A stretch of DNA of 64,000 nt from an uncultured Fibrobacteraceae bacterium (GCA_964399195.1 CAYNPY010000002.1:15129-79128), one strand, 5' to 3'. Counted from the first letter of the stretch, positions 50,941 through 60,344 are shown. Program-made: numbers and translations. The notes: generated by a model from the letters alone, not told the origin.

Positions 50941-52842
50941 TCAGTGCCCGCTGACGACTTCCGCGCGCACCTCGCGGCCGCCCGAAGCGATCGCCACGAT
51001 GTAGACGCCCGACGGCAGGCGGCGGCCGCCGTCGTCGCGGCCGTCCCAGGTCAGTTCGTTCTCGCCCTCGACGCCGGCCTGCGTCCGCTGCCCGCGCACC
51101 AGCCGGCCGCGGACGTCGAAAACGCGCCAGGACACGGGGGCCGCCACGGGCAGCGACACGCGGATGGTGACGGCGTCGCGGAAGGGATTCGGGCCCAGGC
51201 CGGTGACCGTCGGCGTGGGCGCCACGACCATGAGCTCGACCGTCCGCGTGGCGTCGCTGCCGCGGCCGGGATTGGCGATCGTGACCAGCGCCGCGTGCGC
51301 GCCCGCGCGCAGCGCGCCCGCCGCGGCGCTCACGGCCACGGTGACGACGACCTGCCCGCCCGCCGGGACGTTTCCCGACGCGGGCGCGACGGTGAGCCAG
51401 TCACGGTCGACCGTCGCCTCAAAGGGCGCCGCGAGGGCGCCGTCGTTGGCCAGCGTGAACTCCCAGGACGCCGGCGTGAACGGCCCGCCCACCGGGCCGC
51501 GGCCGATCTGCCCTTCGGCAGGCGCGACCGCGAACTCGCCGGCCGTCGGGTCCAGCAGCGGCGCCGTGACGGCGCCGGTGGCGCCGGGGTCCAGCCAGTC
51601 GGACAGGCGCGTGGCGGGGGTGCCCCCGCCCTCCCAGGACAGGTGGAGGCGCCCGTACCAGTCGGAATCGTTGTTGCCGCAGGCGGCATAGCCGCCGTGG
51701 AGCTGGCCGACGACCAGGTGGTCCTGGTCGAAGAGCGGCGAGCCCGACGATCCGGGCTCGGTCGTCCCGAGATCCCAGTCGATGACCCGCAGGTGCGTGC
51801 CGTTGCCGGGCGTCGTCGAGGCCAGGTAGGAGGCCGGCACGACGGCGGCGGTCTCGAAGGAGATGCTCTTCTCGTCGGAGGAGGGGTGGTGGATCGCCGT
51901 CGCCGACGTCGGCGGCGTCTCGCCCCGGTTCCAGCCGGCGTACTTCACGCCGAACGCCGGGTCCGGCGCCTCGTCCAGCTCCAGCAGCGTGAAATCGGTG
52001 GTCGCCCAGGTGGCCCGCAGCACGGCGCCGCTGGTGAACTGCGCCAGCGAGCCGCCGCCCTGCTGTCCGCAGGTCGGACTCTCGAAGTTCCAGTACACGA
52101 CAACCGAAGGCGCCCTGATCGCGCTGATGCCGCAGTGGTCCGCCGTCAGCAGGTACGGGGTGGCGTCGGCGGCGGTGTTGTTGACCAGCGCCCCGGTGCA
52201 GACGAACGAGCCGGCGATCGAGATCAGGCCGACGGTGGCGATCTCGTCGCGCCAGCCGTCTGCGTCCGGGCAGACGACGTCGATGTTGCAGGAGCCGGAC
52301 TTCGCCGCGGGCGCCCGGCCGATGACGCGGTAGCCGCTGTTGACGAACCCCAGCTCCAGCAGGGGTTCGGCGACCGCGGCGGCCGGCACCGCCAGTTCCA
52401 CGACCAGCGCGTCGGCGGCCACGACCGGCGTCCACAGTTCGCCGTGATCGGCGTTGTCGGCCGCCGTGAAGACCAGCGGCGCGGCGCTCCCGTCGGCCGC
52501 GCTCACGGTGAGCGTGGCGCCGACGGGCAGCCAGAACACGGTGAAGCCGAGGTTCAGCGACAGCGCGCCCGGCGAAGCGACTTCCAGCCGCCAGGTTCGA
52601 CCGCCGTCCGCGCGGCGCTCCCAGACGCCGGCGGTGCCCGGCTCCGCCCGCACGGCTTCCGGCACCGCGAACCGCCAGGGCAGGCCGGCGGCCTCGCGCG
52701 CGGCGTCCTCGGCGGCCAGATCCGCGAGCGGGGGCAGGGCGACGGCCAGCCGCGCGGCGGCGGCCCGTGCCGACGGCGCTCCGATCAATGAGCACGCCGC
52801 GACCGCAACCACGAATCCAAGTGCCTTCACCTGCGCGTTCAT
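50941..52842 (-). CDS. Secreted S1-family serine protease (lysyl-endopeptidase-like) with FlgD-Ig/T9SS-like C-terminal domain
   Basis: Uses the internal ATG 52840-52842 of ORF 50941-53286, giving 633 aa, with a signal peptide. A propeptide-like N-domain comes first. The catalytic His is in LLTADHC and the catalytic Ser in EPGSSGSPLF. An Ig-like module follows. The C-terminus is PNPFRDAVTIRVSL...LTWDGRDDGGRRLPSGVYIVAIASGGREVRAEVVSGH. Confidence 0.8.
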   Translation of the reverse strand: MNAQVKALGFVVAVAACSLIGAPSARAAAARLAVALPPLADLAAEDAAREAAGLPWRFAVPEAVRAEPGTAGVWERRADGGRTWRLEVASPGALSLNLGFTVFWLPVGATLTVSAADGSAAPLVFTAADNADHGELWTPVVAADALVVELAVPAAAVAEPLLELGFVNSGYRVIGRAPAAKSGSCNIDVVCPDADGWRDEIATVGLISIAGSFVCTGALVNNTAADATPYLLTADHCGISAIRAPSVVVYWNFESPTCGQQGGGSLAQFTSGAVLRATWATTDFTLLELDEAPDPAFGVKYAGWNRGETPPTSATAIHHPSSDEKSISFETAAVVPASYLASTTPGNGTHLRVIDWDLGTTEPGSSGSPLFDQDHLVVGQLHGGYAACGNNDSDWYGRLHLSWEGGGTPATRLSDWLDPGATGAVTAPLLDPTAGEFAVAPAEGQIGRGPVGGPFTPASWEFTLANDGALAAPFEATVDRDWLTVAPASGNVPAGGQVVVTVAVSAAAGALRAGAHAALVTIANPGRGSDATRTVELMVVAPTPTVTGLGPNPFRDAVTIRVSLPVAAPVSWRVFDVRGRLVRGQRTQAGVEGENELTWDGRDDGGRRLPSGVYIVAIASGGREVRAEVVSGH

Positions 52843-53570
52843 GACGACTCCTCGTTCGCGTTCTCGCCCGGCGGCGTCGTTCCCCGGTAGTCCACGGCCG
52901 CCACGGCCTGCCAGGCCAGGAACCAGCCCAGGCCGACCTGCGAAACATAGTGCTTGCGGTCGTGCAGGCGCGACCAGCCCGAGAGCCAGGAAGCCGCCCA
53001 CAGCGGCGGGCGCCAGCGGCGCAGCCCCGCCGCCCGCGCCGCGTTCAGCCACGGCACGGCGCCGACGAACGCATGGCCGGAGGCCGCGTGGTCCTTGCGG
53101 AACGGCTTCCAGTCGGGCGTCGGGAAGTCGGCGCTCGGCCGGTCGGCGCCCAGCACGCGCTGCACGGTCCACAGCATGGGCAGGCCGACGATCATCGCCT
53201 CGAAATTCGCGCGGCCCCACCGGCTGAACGGGCCGGAGCGCCACCAGGCGTCGATGGCCGCCACGGCGGCCCAGACCAGGAACCACGGGCGCTGACCGCC
53301 TTCGTAGCCCACCCGGGCCACGCGTTCGCTGGCGGCGGAGCGCAGATGCCGGTCATGCGCGGCGGTCACGGCCTCGTCGAGCCCCGAATAGATGACGACT
53401 CCCGCCCCGGCGATGGCCGCCCCCAGCTTGAGAAAGGCGCGGCGTCCGTAGCGCCGGCGCCAGTGCGGGCCGGTGCCCGCGAACAGGGGCGCCATCGCGC
53501 CACGCCGGCGGCGGCAGCCCGGGGCCGCCAGCAGCGCGCAGACCAGGATCAGGCCGGCCGCTACCCACAT
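52839..53570 (-). CDS. PAP2-superfamily-like membrane protein (divergent motifs)
   Basis: 243 aa. Partial PAP2 motifs are present: LGADRPS (the Lys of KxxxxxxRP is Gln), ASGHA (for PSGH), and SRLHDRKHYVSQ (SRxxxxxHxxx with the final Asp as Gln). Its stop overlaps the protease start by ATGA. Confidence 0.55.
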   Translation of the reverse strand: MWVAAGLILVCALLAAPGCRRRRGAMAPLFAGTGPHWRRRYGRRAFLKLGAAIAGAGVVIYSGLDEAVTAAHDRHLRSAASERVARVGYEGGQRPWFLVWAAVAAIDAWWRSGPFSRWGRANFEAMIVGLPMLWTVQRVLGADRPSADFPTPDWKPFRKDHAASGHAFVGAVPWLNAARAAGLRRWRPPLWAASWLSGWSRLHDRKHYVSQVGLGWFLAWQAVAAVDYRGTTPPGENANEESS

Positions 53571-53622
53571 GGCAGCGCCGCCGTCCCGGCGCCCGGCGCC
53601 GCCGCGGATCCGCCCGGCGGCC

Positions 53623-54774
53623 TCATGCGGCGTCCGCTTCCGCCACCAGCCGCCCCACCTCGAGCGCGAGGGCCGCCGCGCTGGTCAGGCCGGGCGACTC
53701 GATGCCCACCAGGTTGACCAGTCCCTGCAGTTCGCCCTCCTCGCGCCGGACGACGAAGTCCGCGAACCCCGTCGGCGCCAGCTTCGGCCGCAGTCCGCTC
53801 AGCGCGGGCTCGAGGTCCTCCGGCGCCAGCCAGGGCAGAAAGCGGTGGGCGCCCTCCCAGAACGCCTGGCGCCGGGCGGGATCGACGCGCCAGTCGAAGC
53901 CGGCGTCGCGCGGATCGCGGTCCAGGTGCTCCACGTCGGGTCCCAGCTTCATCTGGCCGCCGAGATCCAGGCACACGTGCACCCCCAGGCTGGCGCCGTG
54001 CGCCGGCGGCACGGGATAGACAAGCCGGCCGACGCGGCCGTGGTGGACGCTGGACACGGCGAAGTAGTTGCCTTTGACCAGGTGCAGAGTCCAGCCGCGG
54101 GCGACGGTGTCGACGCCGGCCAGCGCAGCCACCCGGTCGGCGTACAGTCCGGCCGCGTTGACGACGTGCCGGCTGCTGTGGCTCCAGCCCTCGCGTCGTC
54201 CGGGGCCGGACGCCGCGACCTGCACGGTCCAGGCGCCCCCGCGCCGCTCCAGGCCTGCCACGCGCGCCGACGTCAGCACCTGGCCGCCGCGCTCGCCGGC
54301 CAGCCGGGCCCAGGCCCGAGCGGCGCCCTCGGCGTCGAAGATCCCCGTGCGCGGCGAGTGGAGGGCGGCGCAGGCGCTGACCTGCGGCTCGAGCGCGCGC
54401 ACCTCGCCGCCGTCGAGCAGGCGCAGTTCCTCGACGCCGTTGTCCAGGCCGCGCGCCAGCAGCTTTTCCAGGTAGGGGATCTCGCCGGGTTCGGTGGCGA
54501 CGATCAGCTTGCCGCATTCGCGGTAGCCGACGTCGGCGCTCGCGCAGAACGCCTTCAGCAGGCGGCGTCCCTCCACGCAGAAGCGCGCCTTCAGCGAGCC
54601 GGTCGGATAGTACATCCCGCCGTGGGCCACCTCGCTGTTGCGCGAGGTGGTGCCGCGGCCGAGGCCGTCCTCCATCTCCACCAGCACCGTGGACAGGCCG
54701 CGGCCGGACAACTCCGCCGCCACGGCGCAGCCCACGATCCCCCCGCCGATGATCGTGCAGTCGACGTCGGCCAT
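53623..54774 (-). CDS. FAD-dependent oxidoreductase (DAO family; L-2-hydroxyglutarate oxidase / glycerol-3-phosphate dehydrogenase-like)
   Basis: 383 aa. The dinucleotide-binding motif is DCTIIGGGIVGCAVAAEL. Matching strings are TTSRNSEVAHGG, VVNAAGLYAD and GIESPGLTSAAA. Confidence 0.8.
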   Translation of the reverse strand: MADVDCTIIGGGIVGCAVAAELSGRGLSTVLVEMEDGLGRGTTSRNSEVAHGGMYYPTGSLKARFCVEGRRLLKAFCASADVGYRECGKLIVATEPGEIPYLEKLLARGLDNGVEELRLLDGGEVRALEPQVSACAALHSPRTGIFDAEGAARAWARLAGERGGQVLTSARVAGLERRGGAWTVQVAASGPGRREGWSHSSRHVVNAAGLYADRVAALAGVDTVARGWTLHLVKGNYFAVSSVHHGRVGRLVYPVPPAHGASLGVHVCLDLGGQMKLGPDVEHLDRDPRDAGFDWRVDPARRQAFWEGAHRFLPWLAPEDLEPALSGLRPKLAPTGFADFVVRREEGELQGLVNLVGIESPGLTSAAALALEVGRLVAEADAA

Positions 54775-54780
54775 GGCTCC

Positions 54781-55320
54781 TCAGCGTCCGCCCCGGCGCT
54801 CGAGCCAGGTCGCGTAGTCAGCGTGCTGCCAGGCGCGCGAACCGGCATAGGTCGCCACGCGCAGGTACGAATCGGCGCCGTGATCTCCCCGCAGGACGAC
54901 CAGCGGTTCGCCGCGCGGCGACAGGACCAGCAGCGCCGGCGGCTCAGCCACCCCGTAATGGCGCGCGACGGCCGCCGATTCCTGGAACTCCACGCGCGCG
55001 GCCACCAGGTGCTCCGCGACGTAGCGGCGCAGCCTCCTGTCGGTCCAGACCTCGCGGTCGAGCCGGTTGCCCGTCGTGCTCCAGGAGGCGGTGAAGAAGA
55101 CCAGCAGGGGCAGGTCGCGATGGCGGGCTTCGGCCTTGCCCTCGCGCAGGCTGAGCCAGGCGACCGGCGGCGGGGCTTCCGCCCGGTCCGCCGGCGCGGC
55201 CTCCGAGGCAGGCGCGCCCGCCGGCGCGGCGGCGACGCCGGCCGCCAGCGCGAGCGCCACGGCCAGCGGCGCGGACAGGCGCCCGGCGCGGGACAGCGAG
55301 GTACCGATCAGTGCCGCCAT
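54781..55320 (-). CDS. Secreted thioredoxin-fold protein lacking the CxxC motif
   Basis: 179 aa with a signal peptide (PLAVALALAAGVAAAPA). LLVFFTASWSTTGNRLDREVW aligns to the usual F.A.WC..C...E pattern, but with SWSTTG in place of WCxxC. The mature protein has no Cys. Confidence 0.6.
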   Translation of the reverse strand: MAALIGTSLSRAGRLSAPLAVALALAAGVAAAPAGAPASEAAPADRAEAPPPVAWLSLREGKAEARHRDLPLLVFFTASWSTTGNRLDREVWTDRRLRRYVAEHLVAARVEFQESAAVARHYGVAEPPALLVLSPRGEPLVVLRGDHGADSYLRVATYAGSRAWQHADYATWLERRGGR

Positions 55321-55335
55321 CGGCGTCTCCCGTCG

Positions 55336-56040
55336 TCACGGCGAAGGCGGCGGCCAGGGCCAGTCCGCCGGCAGGGGACATTCGAAACGCATCGGGCGCC
55401 CGCCCACCGGGTGCGCGATGCCGAGCGCCGACGCGTGCAGCGCCACGCGCTGCTCCGGCAACCGCCGCCTGGCGCCGTACTTGACGTCGCCCAGCAGCGG
55501 GTGCCCGCACAGGGCCAACTGCGCGCGGATCTGGTGCCGGCGCCCGGTCTGCGGGCGCACCTCCAGCAGGCTGCCGCCGGGCGCGGACTCGAGCACGCGG
55601 TAACGCAGGCGCGACTCGCGTCCGCCCGGAAACGGCGCCGTCTCGGCCCGCGTCACGCCCCGCGCGTCGCCGGCCGCGGCCAGCCAGTGCACCAGGGCGC
55701 CGTCGCCCGGCTGCGGTCGCCCTTCGCAGACCGCAAGGTAGACCTTCTCCACCCGGTCGTCACGGAAGCACGCCGACAGGCGCGCGGCCGCCTTGCTCGT
55801 GCGCGCCAGCACCACGACGCCGCTGGCGTTGCGGTCCAGGCGGTGCACCAGGCCGACGTAGACGTTGCCCGGCTTGGCGTAGCGCTCCCTCAGCCAGTCG
55901 CGGGCCAGATCGACCAGCGAAGGCTCGCCGCTGGCGTCGCCCTGTGACAGCAGCCCGGCCGGCTTGGCCACCACCAGCAGATGGTTGTCCTCGTGGATGA
56001 CGTCCAGCGGCATCGTCGGCTCCGGTCCGGTGGCGCCCAT
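55336..56040 (-). CDS. RluA-family pseudouridine synthase
   Basis: 234 aa. Matching strings are IHEDNHLLVVAKPAGL, the catalytic Asp context GLVHRLDRNASGVVVLA, YLAVCEG, LEVRPQTGRRHQIRAQL, and PLLGDVKYG. Confidence 0.85.
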   Translation of the reverse strand: MGATGPEPTMPLDVIHEDNHLLVVAKPAGLLSQGDASGEPSLVDLARDWLRERYAKPGNVYVGLVHRLDRNASGVVVLARTSKAAARLSACFRDDRVEKVYLAVCEGRPQPGDGALVHWLAAAGDARGVTRAETAPFPGGRESRLRYRVLESAPGGSLLEVRPQTGRRHQIRAQLALCGHPLLGDVKYGARRRLPEQRVALHASALGIAHPVGGRPMRFECPLPADWPWPPPSP

Positions 56041-56097
56041 TGTACGTGGGCGCGCGCAGCGGTGACAACCGCGCCTTTACGACGGCCCTGTGCCGCG

Positions 56098-56991
56098 TCA
56101 GGCCGAGGACCGCTTCGCGGCGCGGTCCGCCGCAGGCGACGGCGACCTGTTCCCGGCCGTCCACAGCGCGGCCAGCAGCAGCCCGGTCCCCGCCAGCGCG
56201 ACGGGGCCGGGCGCCTGTTCGCCGAACACGAGCCAGGACACCGCCATCGCCAGGGGCACCTTCAGGTTGTTGGCCACGGCCAGAAGGGCCGGCGGGGTGC
56301 GCGCGGCGCCCCGGTTCCACAGCAGGAATCCGGCGGCCGTCGGGAGCGCGCCCAGATAGAGCACGACCAGCGCCGCGCGAGGCGTCCAACCGGTCAGCGG
56401 GCCGGCGCCCGTCGCCAGCGAAACCGCCGGCAGGGCCAGCAGCGTCGCGGCCGCAGCCCCGGCGTACATCCAGGCCAGAAGCGATGCGTCGGGGGCTCTG
56501 CTGCGCTCCTTCAGCGCCGCGTACCGCAGCTGGCCGCCGGCGAAGCAGAGGTTCGATCCCTGCAGCAGCAGGACGCCCGGCCACGCCGCCTGCCCGCCTT
56601 CGCCGCGCCCGGTGACCAGAGCGGCGCCGACGACCGCCAGCGCCGCCGCCGCCGTCGCGCGCCAGCGGGCGCGCCCGGCCGGCAGCCTTGCCAGCAGCAT
56701 CACGTAGATGGGCGTGAAGACCGTCAACAGCGCGACCTGCCAAGCCGCCAGCCAACGGAACGACGCCACGTACAGCACGTACATGAGGCCGAACTGCACG
56801 GCGCCCAGGCTCATCGCCTCCAGCCGGAGGCGCCCGGACGCGGCGCCGCGGAACGCGAACGGCAGGAACACCGCCGCCGCCACCAGCAGCCGCGCGGCGG
56901 CCACCGCTGCCGGCGACAGGCCCGCCAGTTCACCCTTGATGAGGCCGAAGGAAAAGGCCCACAGCAGCGATGCGGCCAGCAGCGACGGCAC
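56098..56991 (-). CDS. EamA/DMT-family transporter
   Basis: 297 aa from a GTG start sharing 1 nt with the upstream stop. The product has ten hydrophobic segments in two halves. Matching strings are LLWAFSFGLIKG and LLAVANNLKVPLAMAVSWLVFGE. Confidence 0.8.
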   Translation of the reverse strand: MPSLLAASLLWAFSFGLIKGELAGLSPAAVAAARLLVAAAVFLPFAFRGAASGRLRLEAMSLGAVQFGLMYVLYVASFRWLAAWQVALLTVFTPIYVMLLARLPAGRARWRATAAAALAVVGAALVTGRGEGGQAAWPGVLLLQGSNLCFAGGQLRYAALKERSRAPDASLLAWMYAGAAAATLLALPAVSLATGAGPLTGWTPRAALVVLYLGALPTAAGFLLWNRGAARTPPALLAVANNLKVPLAMAVSWLVFGEQAPGPVALAGTGLLLAALWTAGNRSPSPAADRAAKRSSA

Positions 56992-59072
56992 TACCGCACC
57001 AGCGTCAGCGCCAGCGTGCGCGTGTCGCCGCCGGCGCGCAGCCGAGCGAAGTAGGTGCCCGAGGCGGCGGCGCGCCCGTCACGGTCGCGTCCGTCCCAGG
57101 TCACGCCGTGTTCGCCGGCCGCGAAGCGAGCGCTGGCCAGCAGCGCGACCAGCCGGCCGGCGGCGTCATGCACGGCGAGCGTGACGTCACGCTCGTCGGC
57201 GAGTCGGAAGCGCACCGTCGTGCGCGGGTTGAACGGGTTGGGCGCCGCCGCGAGCGACAGCGCGACCGAGACCTCCGGCACGTCGGACGTGCCCAGGAAG
57301 CGCTTCTCGCACAGCACCCAGTTCTGGGGATCGAGCGCCACGGTCACCGGCGTCCACGGCACCTCCAGGGCATACCACTGCTCGGCGGCGTCGTTCTCCA
57401 CGACGAACACGTAGAGCCCGTTCTCCGTCGTGATGTGAACGTCCAGGGGCATGGCGAACACGCCCGCGCCCGTCTGCGTCTGCTTGATCCGCAGACGGAC
57501 GCGCCAGCCCGATCCGGCCGGCTCCATGCGCCAGGAGTAGTCGTAGCGCGGCACGTACTCGCCGTAGATCCACTGCTGGAAGAAGGCGTCGAGGTCGCGG
57601 CCGCTGGCCGCCTCCATGACGTCGCGGAACTGCTCGGTGGTCGCCGCGCCGAAGCCGTGCGCCTGCCGGTAATCCTTGAGCCCCGCGAAGAAGACGCTGT
57701 CGCCCACCACGTGGCGCAGCATGTGCGGCACCCAGCTGGCCTTCAGGTATGTGAGATACCAGTTGAAGATGGCCGAGAAGTCGGTCGGGTCCTCGACGAT
57801 GATGGTGCCCGGCCCCAGGTAGCGCGCCGCCGCCATCTCGGCGTGGTACGCGGCCGGACCGTAGCGGACCTCCTTCCAGTAGGCCTCCATCCAGGTGGCG
57901 AATCCCTCGTTCAGCCAGATGTGGGAGAAGTCGGCGCAGGTGATCAGATCGCCGAACCACTGGTGGCCCAACTCGTGGGCGATCAGGTACTCGTCGTAAT
58001 TGTTGTAGTACATGCTGCTGCAGGTCTGGTGCTCCATGCCGCCGCCCCAGGGGAACTGGGCGTGGCCGTACTTCTCGGCCACGAACGGGTATTCGCCGAA
58101 CGCGGCCGCGAACGCGTTGATCATGTCGATGGTCACGGCGTAGCCGCTGGTGGCCGGGCCCAGCTGCGAGGGCAGGACGTAGTGCGTGACCGGCATGGCG
58201 CCGCCCGCGGCGGGGTAGTAGACGTCGTTGATGACCGCGTACGGATGGACGGCCAGGGAGACGAGATAGGTCGCGATGGGGTAGCGCTCGCGCCAGTGGT
58301 AGGTCTTCTTCCCCGTCGCGGGCTCGCTGACGCCGGCCAGCACGCCGTTGCTGGCCACGATCAGGTTCGCCGGCACGGTGACGTCCAAGGCCACCGAATC
58401 GGCCTTGTCGGTCGCCGTGTCCTTGCAGGGCCACCAGATGCGCGCGCCGTACGGCTCGCTCAGGGTCCAGATGAGGGGCTGGCCCAGGTAGGTGTCCCAG
58501 CCGAAGGCGGAACTGCTCGGATTGCCGGCGTAGTCGATCGCCACCTCCACCGTCTCACCCGTCGCATAGGCGCGGTCCAGATCGACGCCCAGGATGCCGG
58601 CGTTCCAGGTGAAGGATGTCGACATCCCGGCGCTGCGCGCGCCCGAAGCCGTCATCTGGCTGCCGAAGTCCAGGTCCAGCCGCGTCAGCGGGCCGCCGAC
58701 CACCTCGGCGCGGACGGTGACCGTGCCGGTCACGATGCGCGTCGTCGGGTTCAGGTCCAGGGCCAGTCCATACCAGCGGACGTCGTAGTCGGCCATGGCC
58801 TTGTCCGCTCCCGCCGGCCGCGGGGTCTCCGCGGTCTGCCACCGCATCCCGGCGCGCGCCTTGGTCTCGGCCTCGCGCGCGCGGTGCTGCAGGCTGCGGT
58901 AGGTGCCGGACCAGGGGCCTCCGTCGGGCACCGGCGCCAGCGGGCTCAGCGGCTCGCGCGCGCCGGCGGCGCCGGCCAGCGTCAGGGCCAGCGCGGCCGG
59001 CAGCAGCGGGACGCCGAAGGCGGCGAACCGGGCGCGGCGACGGCCGCGAGGGCGGGGCGAACTGCGGGTCAT
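56991..59072 (-). CDS. M1-family zinc aminopeptidase with FlgD-Ig/T9SS-like C-terminal domain (paralogue of 24572-26647)
   Basis: Uses the internal ATG 59070-59072 of ORF 56991-59165, giving 693 aa, with a basic signal peptide. The GAMEN-type motif is WGGGMEHQT. The zinc site is HELGHQWFG-x18-WLNEGFATWME. The C-terminus is PNPFNPRTTVRFRL...VTWDGRDRDGRAAASGTYFARLRAGGDTRTLALTLVR. Confidence 0.85.
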   Translation of the reverse strand: MTRSSPRPRGRRRARFAAFGVPLLPAALALTLAGAAGAREPLSPLAPVPDGGPWSGTYRSLQHRAREAETKARAGMRWQTAETPRPAGADKAMADYDVRWYGLALDLNPTTRIVTGTVTVRAEVVGGPLTRLDLDFGSQMTASGARSAGMSTSFTWNAGILGVDLDRAYATGETVEVAIDYAGNPSSSAFGWDTYLGQPLIWTLSEPYGARIWWPCKDTATDKADSVALDVTVPANLIVASNGVLAGVSEPATGKKTYHWRERYPIATYLVSLAVHPYAVINDVYYPAAGGAMPVTHYVLPSQLGPATSGYAVTIDMINAFAAAFGEYPFVAEKYGHAQFPWGGGMEHQTCSSMYYNNYDEYLIAHELGHQWFGDLITCADFSHIWLNEGFATWMEAYWKEVRYGPAAYHAEMAAARYLGPGTIIVEDPTDFSAIFNWYLTYLKASWVPHMLRHVVGDSVFFAGLKDYRQAHGFGAATTEQFRDVMEAASGRDLDAFFQQWIYGEYVPRYDYSWRMEPAGSGWRVRLRIKQTQTGAGVFAMPLDVHITTENGLYVFVVENDAAEQWYALEVPWTPVTVALDPQNWVLCEKRFLGTSDVPEVSVALSLAAAPNPFNPRTTVRFRLADERDVTLAVHDAAGRLVALLASARFAAGEHGVTWDGRDRDGRAAASGTYFARLRAGGDTRTLALTLVR

Positions 59073-59189
59073 GGCGGGCACGCTCCGGTCGGGTGTACGC
59101 GGCCGGCGGAGGCCTGCGGCGGCCCCCCGGACCCATGATGATACGACGGATCGCGCGGCGGCCACAAGCCGCCGCCCGCAAGCCGCCGC

Positions 59190-60185
59190 TCACGCACCCG
59201 AAGCCAGCCGTTCGAGCAGGTCGCAGGCGCGGGCGGCACCCGCCCAGTCGGCATCGCACCAGGCCAGCACGCCCACCGCGCGCCCGGCGGCCACGCGCGT
59301 GCAGCCGGGATCGAACAGGCAGGACCAGGAATCTCCGGTGACGTCGGCCGAGACGAGCGGATCGTCCGCGATGCCGAGCACGCCCGGCAGCCCGGCGGCC
59401 GCCGCCCGCAGCGCCTCGTTGACGACAGCGGCGTCGACCGCCTGGCTCAGCCTGACGGACAGGTCGATCGCCGTGCCGGCGAAATTCGGCGTCCGCAGCG
59501 CGATGGCCGCCAGGCGGCCGGCCAGGTGCGGCAGGGCGCGCTCCGCCTCCCGCGCCGCGCCGCTGGCCACGGGCACCAGGCTGAACCCGGCCGCGCGCCC
59601 GCGCCGCATGTCGCCGTGCGCGGCGTCGACGACGCATTGGTCGGCCCCGGCCGGGCCGGTCACCGTGGCCAGCGCGTGCTCCAGGCCGAAGGCGCCGTCC
59701 AGCACGTGCGCCAGCACCGCCAACCCGTTGGCCGGTCCCGAGCCGGCCGTCAGCACGCCCGCGCCGGCCGGCAGTTCCCGGGCGCCGACGCCGCGGATCA
59801 CGACGGCCGCCGGTTCGCGGCGGGCCGGACCGACCAGCACCACACGGCGGGCGCCGGCCGCCAGCTGTTCGGCAGGCGCCGCCCGGCAGGGGCCGGCGGC
59901 GGCGGCCTGGACGACGACCTCGACCCCCAGGGCGCTCCAGTCCGGGGCCCGGCACTCGCGCGCCGGCAGCAGCCTCGCCGCGCCCTTCGCGGTGACCAGG
60001 CGGCCGTCCTCCAGTTCGCAGCCGCCGACCAGCGCGCCGCGCAGGGAATCGCGGCGGGCCAGCAGGGCCAGCGACTCGGGATCCGCCTCGTCGCGGATCG
60101 CGACCAGGTCAAGCCCGGGCCGTTCCTGCAGCGCCCGGAACACCGCCCGTCCCTGCGGGCCGAAACCGTCGAGGGCCACCCTCAT
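59190..60185 (-). CDS. GAPDH-family homologue lacking the catalytic Cys and His (probable pseudoenzyme)
   Basis: 331 aa and collinear with GapA. MRVALDGFGPQGR corresponds to INGFGRIGR. LTAGSGPANGLAVLAHVLDGAFG corresponds to SNASCTTNCLAPLAKV. ALATVTGPAG corresponds to MTTVHA.T. LVPVASGAA corresponds to IIPSSTGAA. LAWCDADW corresponds to SWYDNE. Confidence 0.7.
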   Translation of the reverse strand: MRVALDGFGPQGRAVFRALQERPGLDLVAIRDEADPESLALLARRDSLRGALVGGCELEDGRLVTAKGAARLLPARECRAPDWSALGVEVVVQAAAAGPCRAAPAEQLAAGARRVVLVGPARREPAAVVIRGVGARELPAGAGVLTAGSGPANGLAVLAHVLDGAFGLEHALATVTGPAGADQCVVDAAHGDMRRGRAAGFSLVPVASGAAREAERALPHLAGRLAAIALRTPNFAGTAIDLSVRLSQAVDAAVVNEALRAAAAGLPGVLGIADDPLVSADVTGDSWSCLFDPGCTRVAAGRAVGVLAWCDADWAGAARACDLLERLASGA

Positions 60186-60344
60186 GCTCTTCCCCTTCCG
60201 CGCCCGCAGGCGCCGACCGGCGGCGCTGGCGCCGGCGGACGACCGGTGCCATCATGGCCGCTCGTTCCGCGGCCCCGGCGAGCCGCGCGCGGTCGCCGGC
60301 CGGCCGCCCTCCGTTCACCCCGGCCGACACAGGGAGGACCGGCC

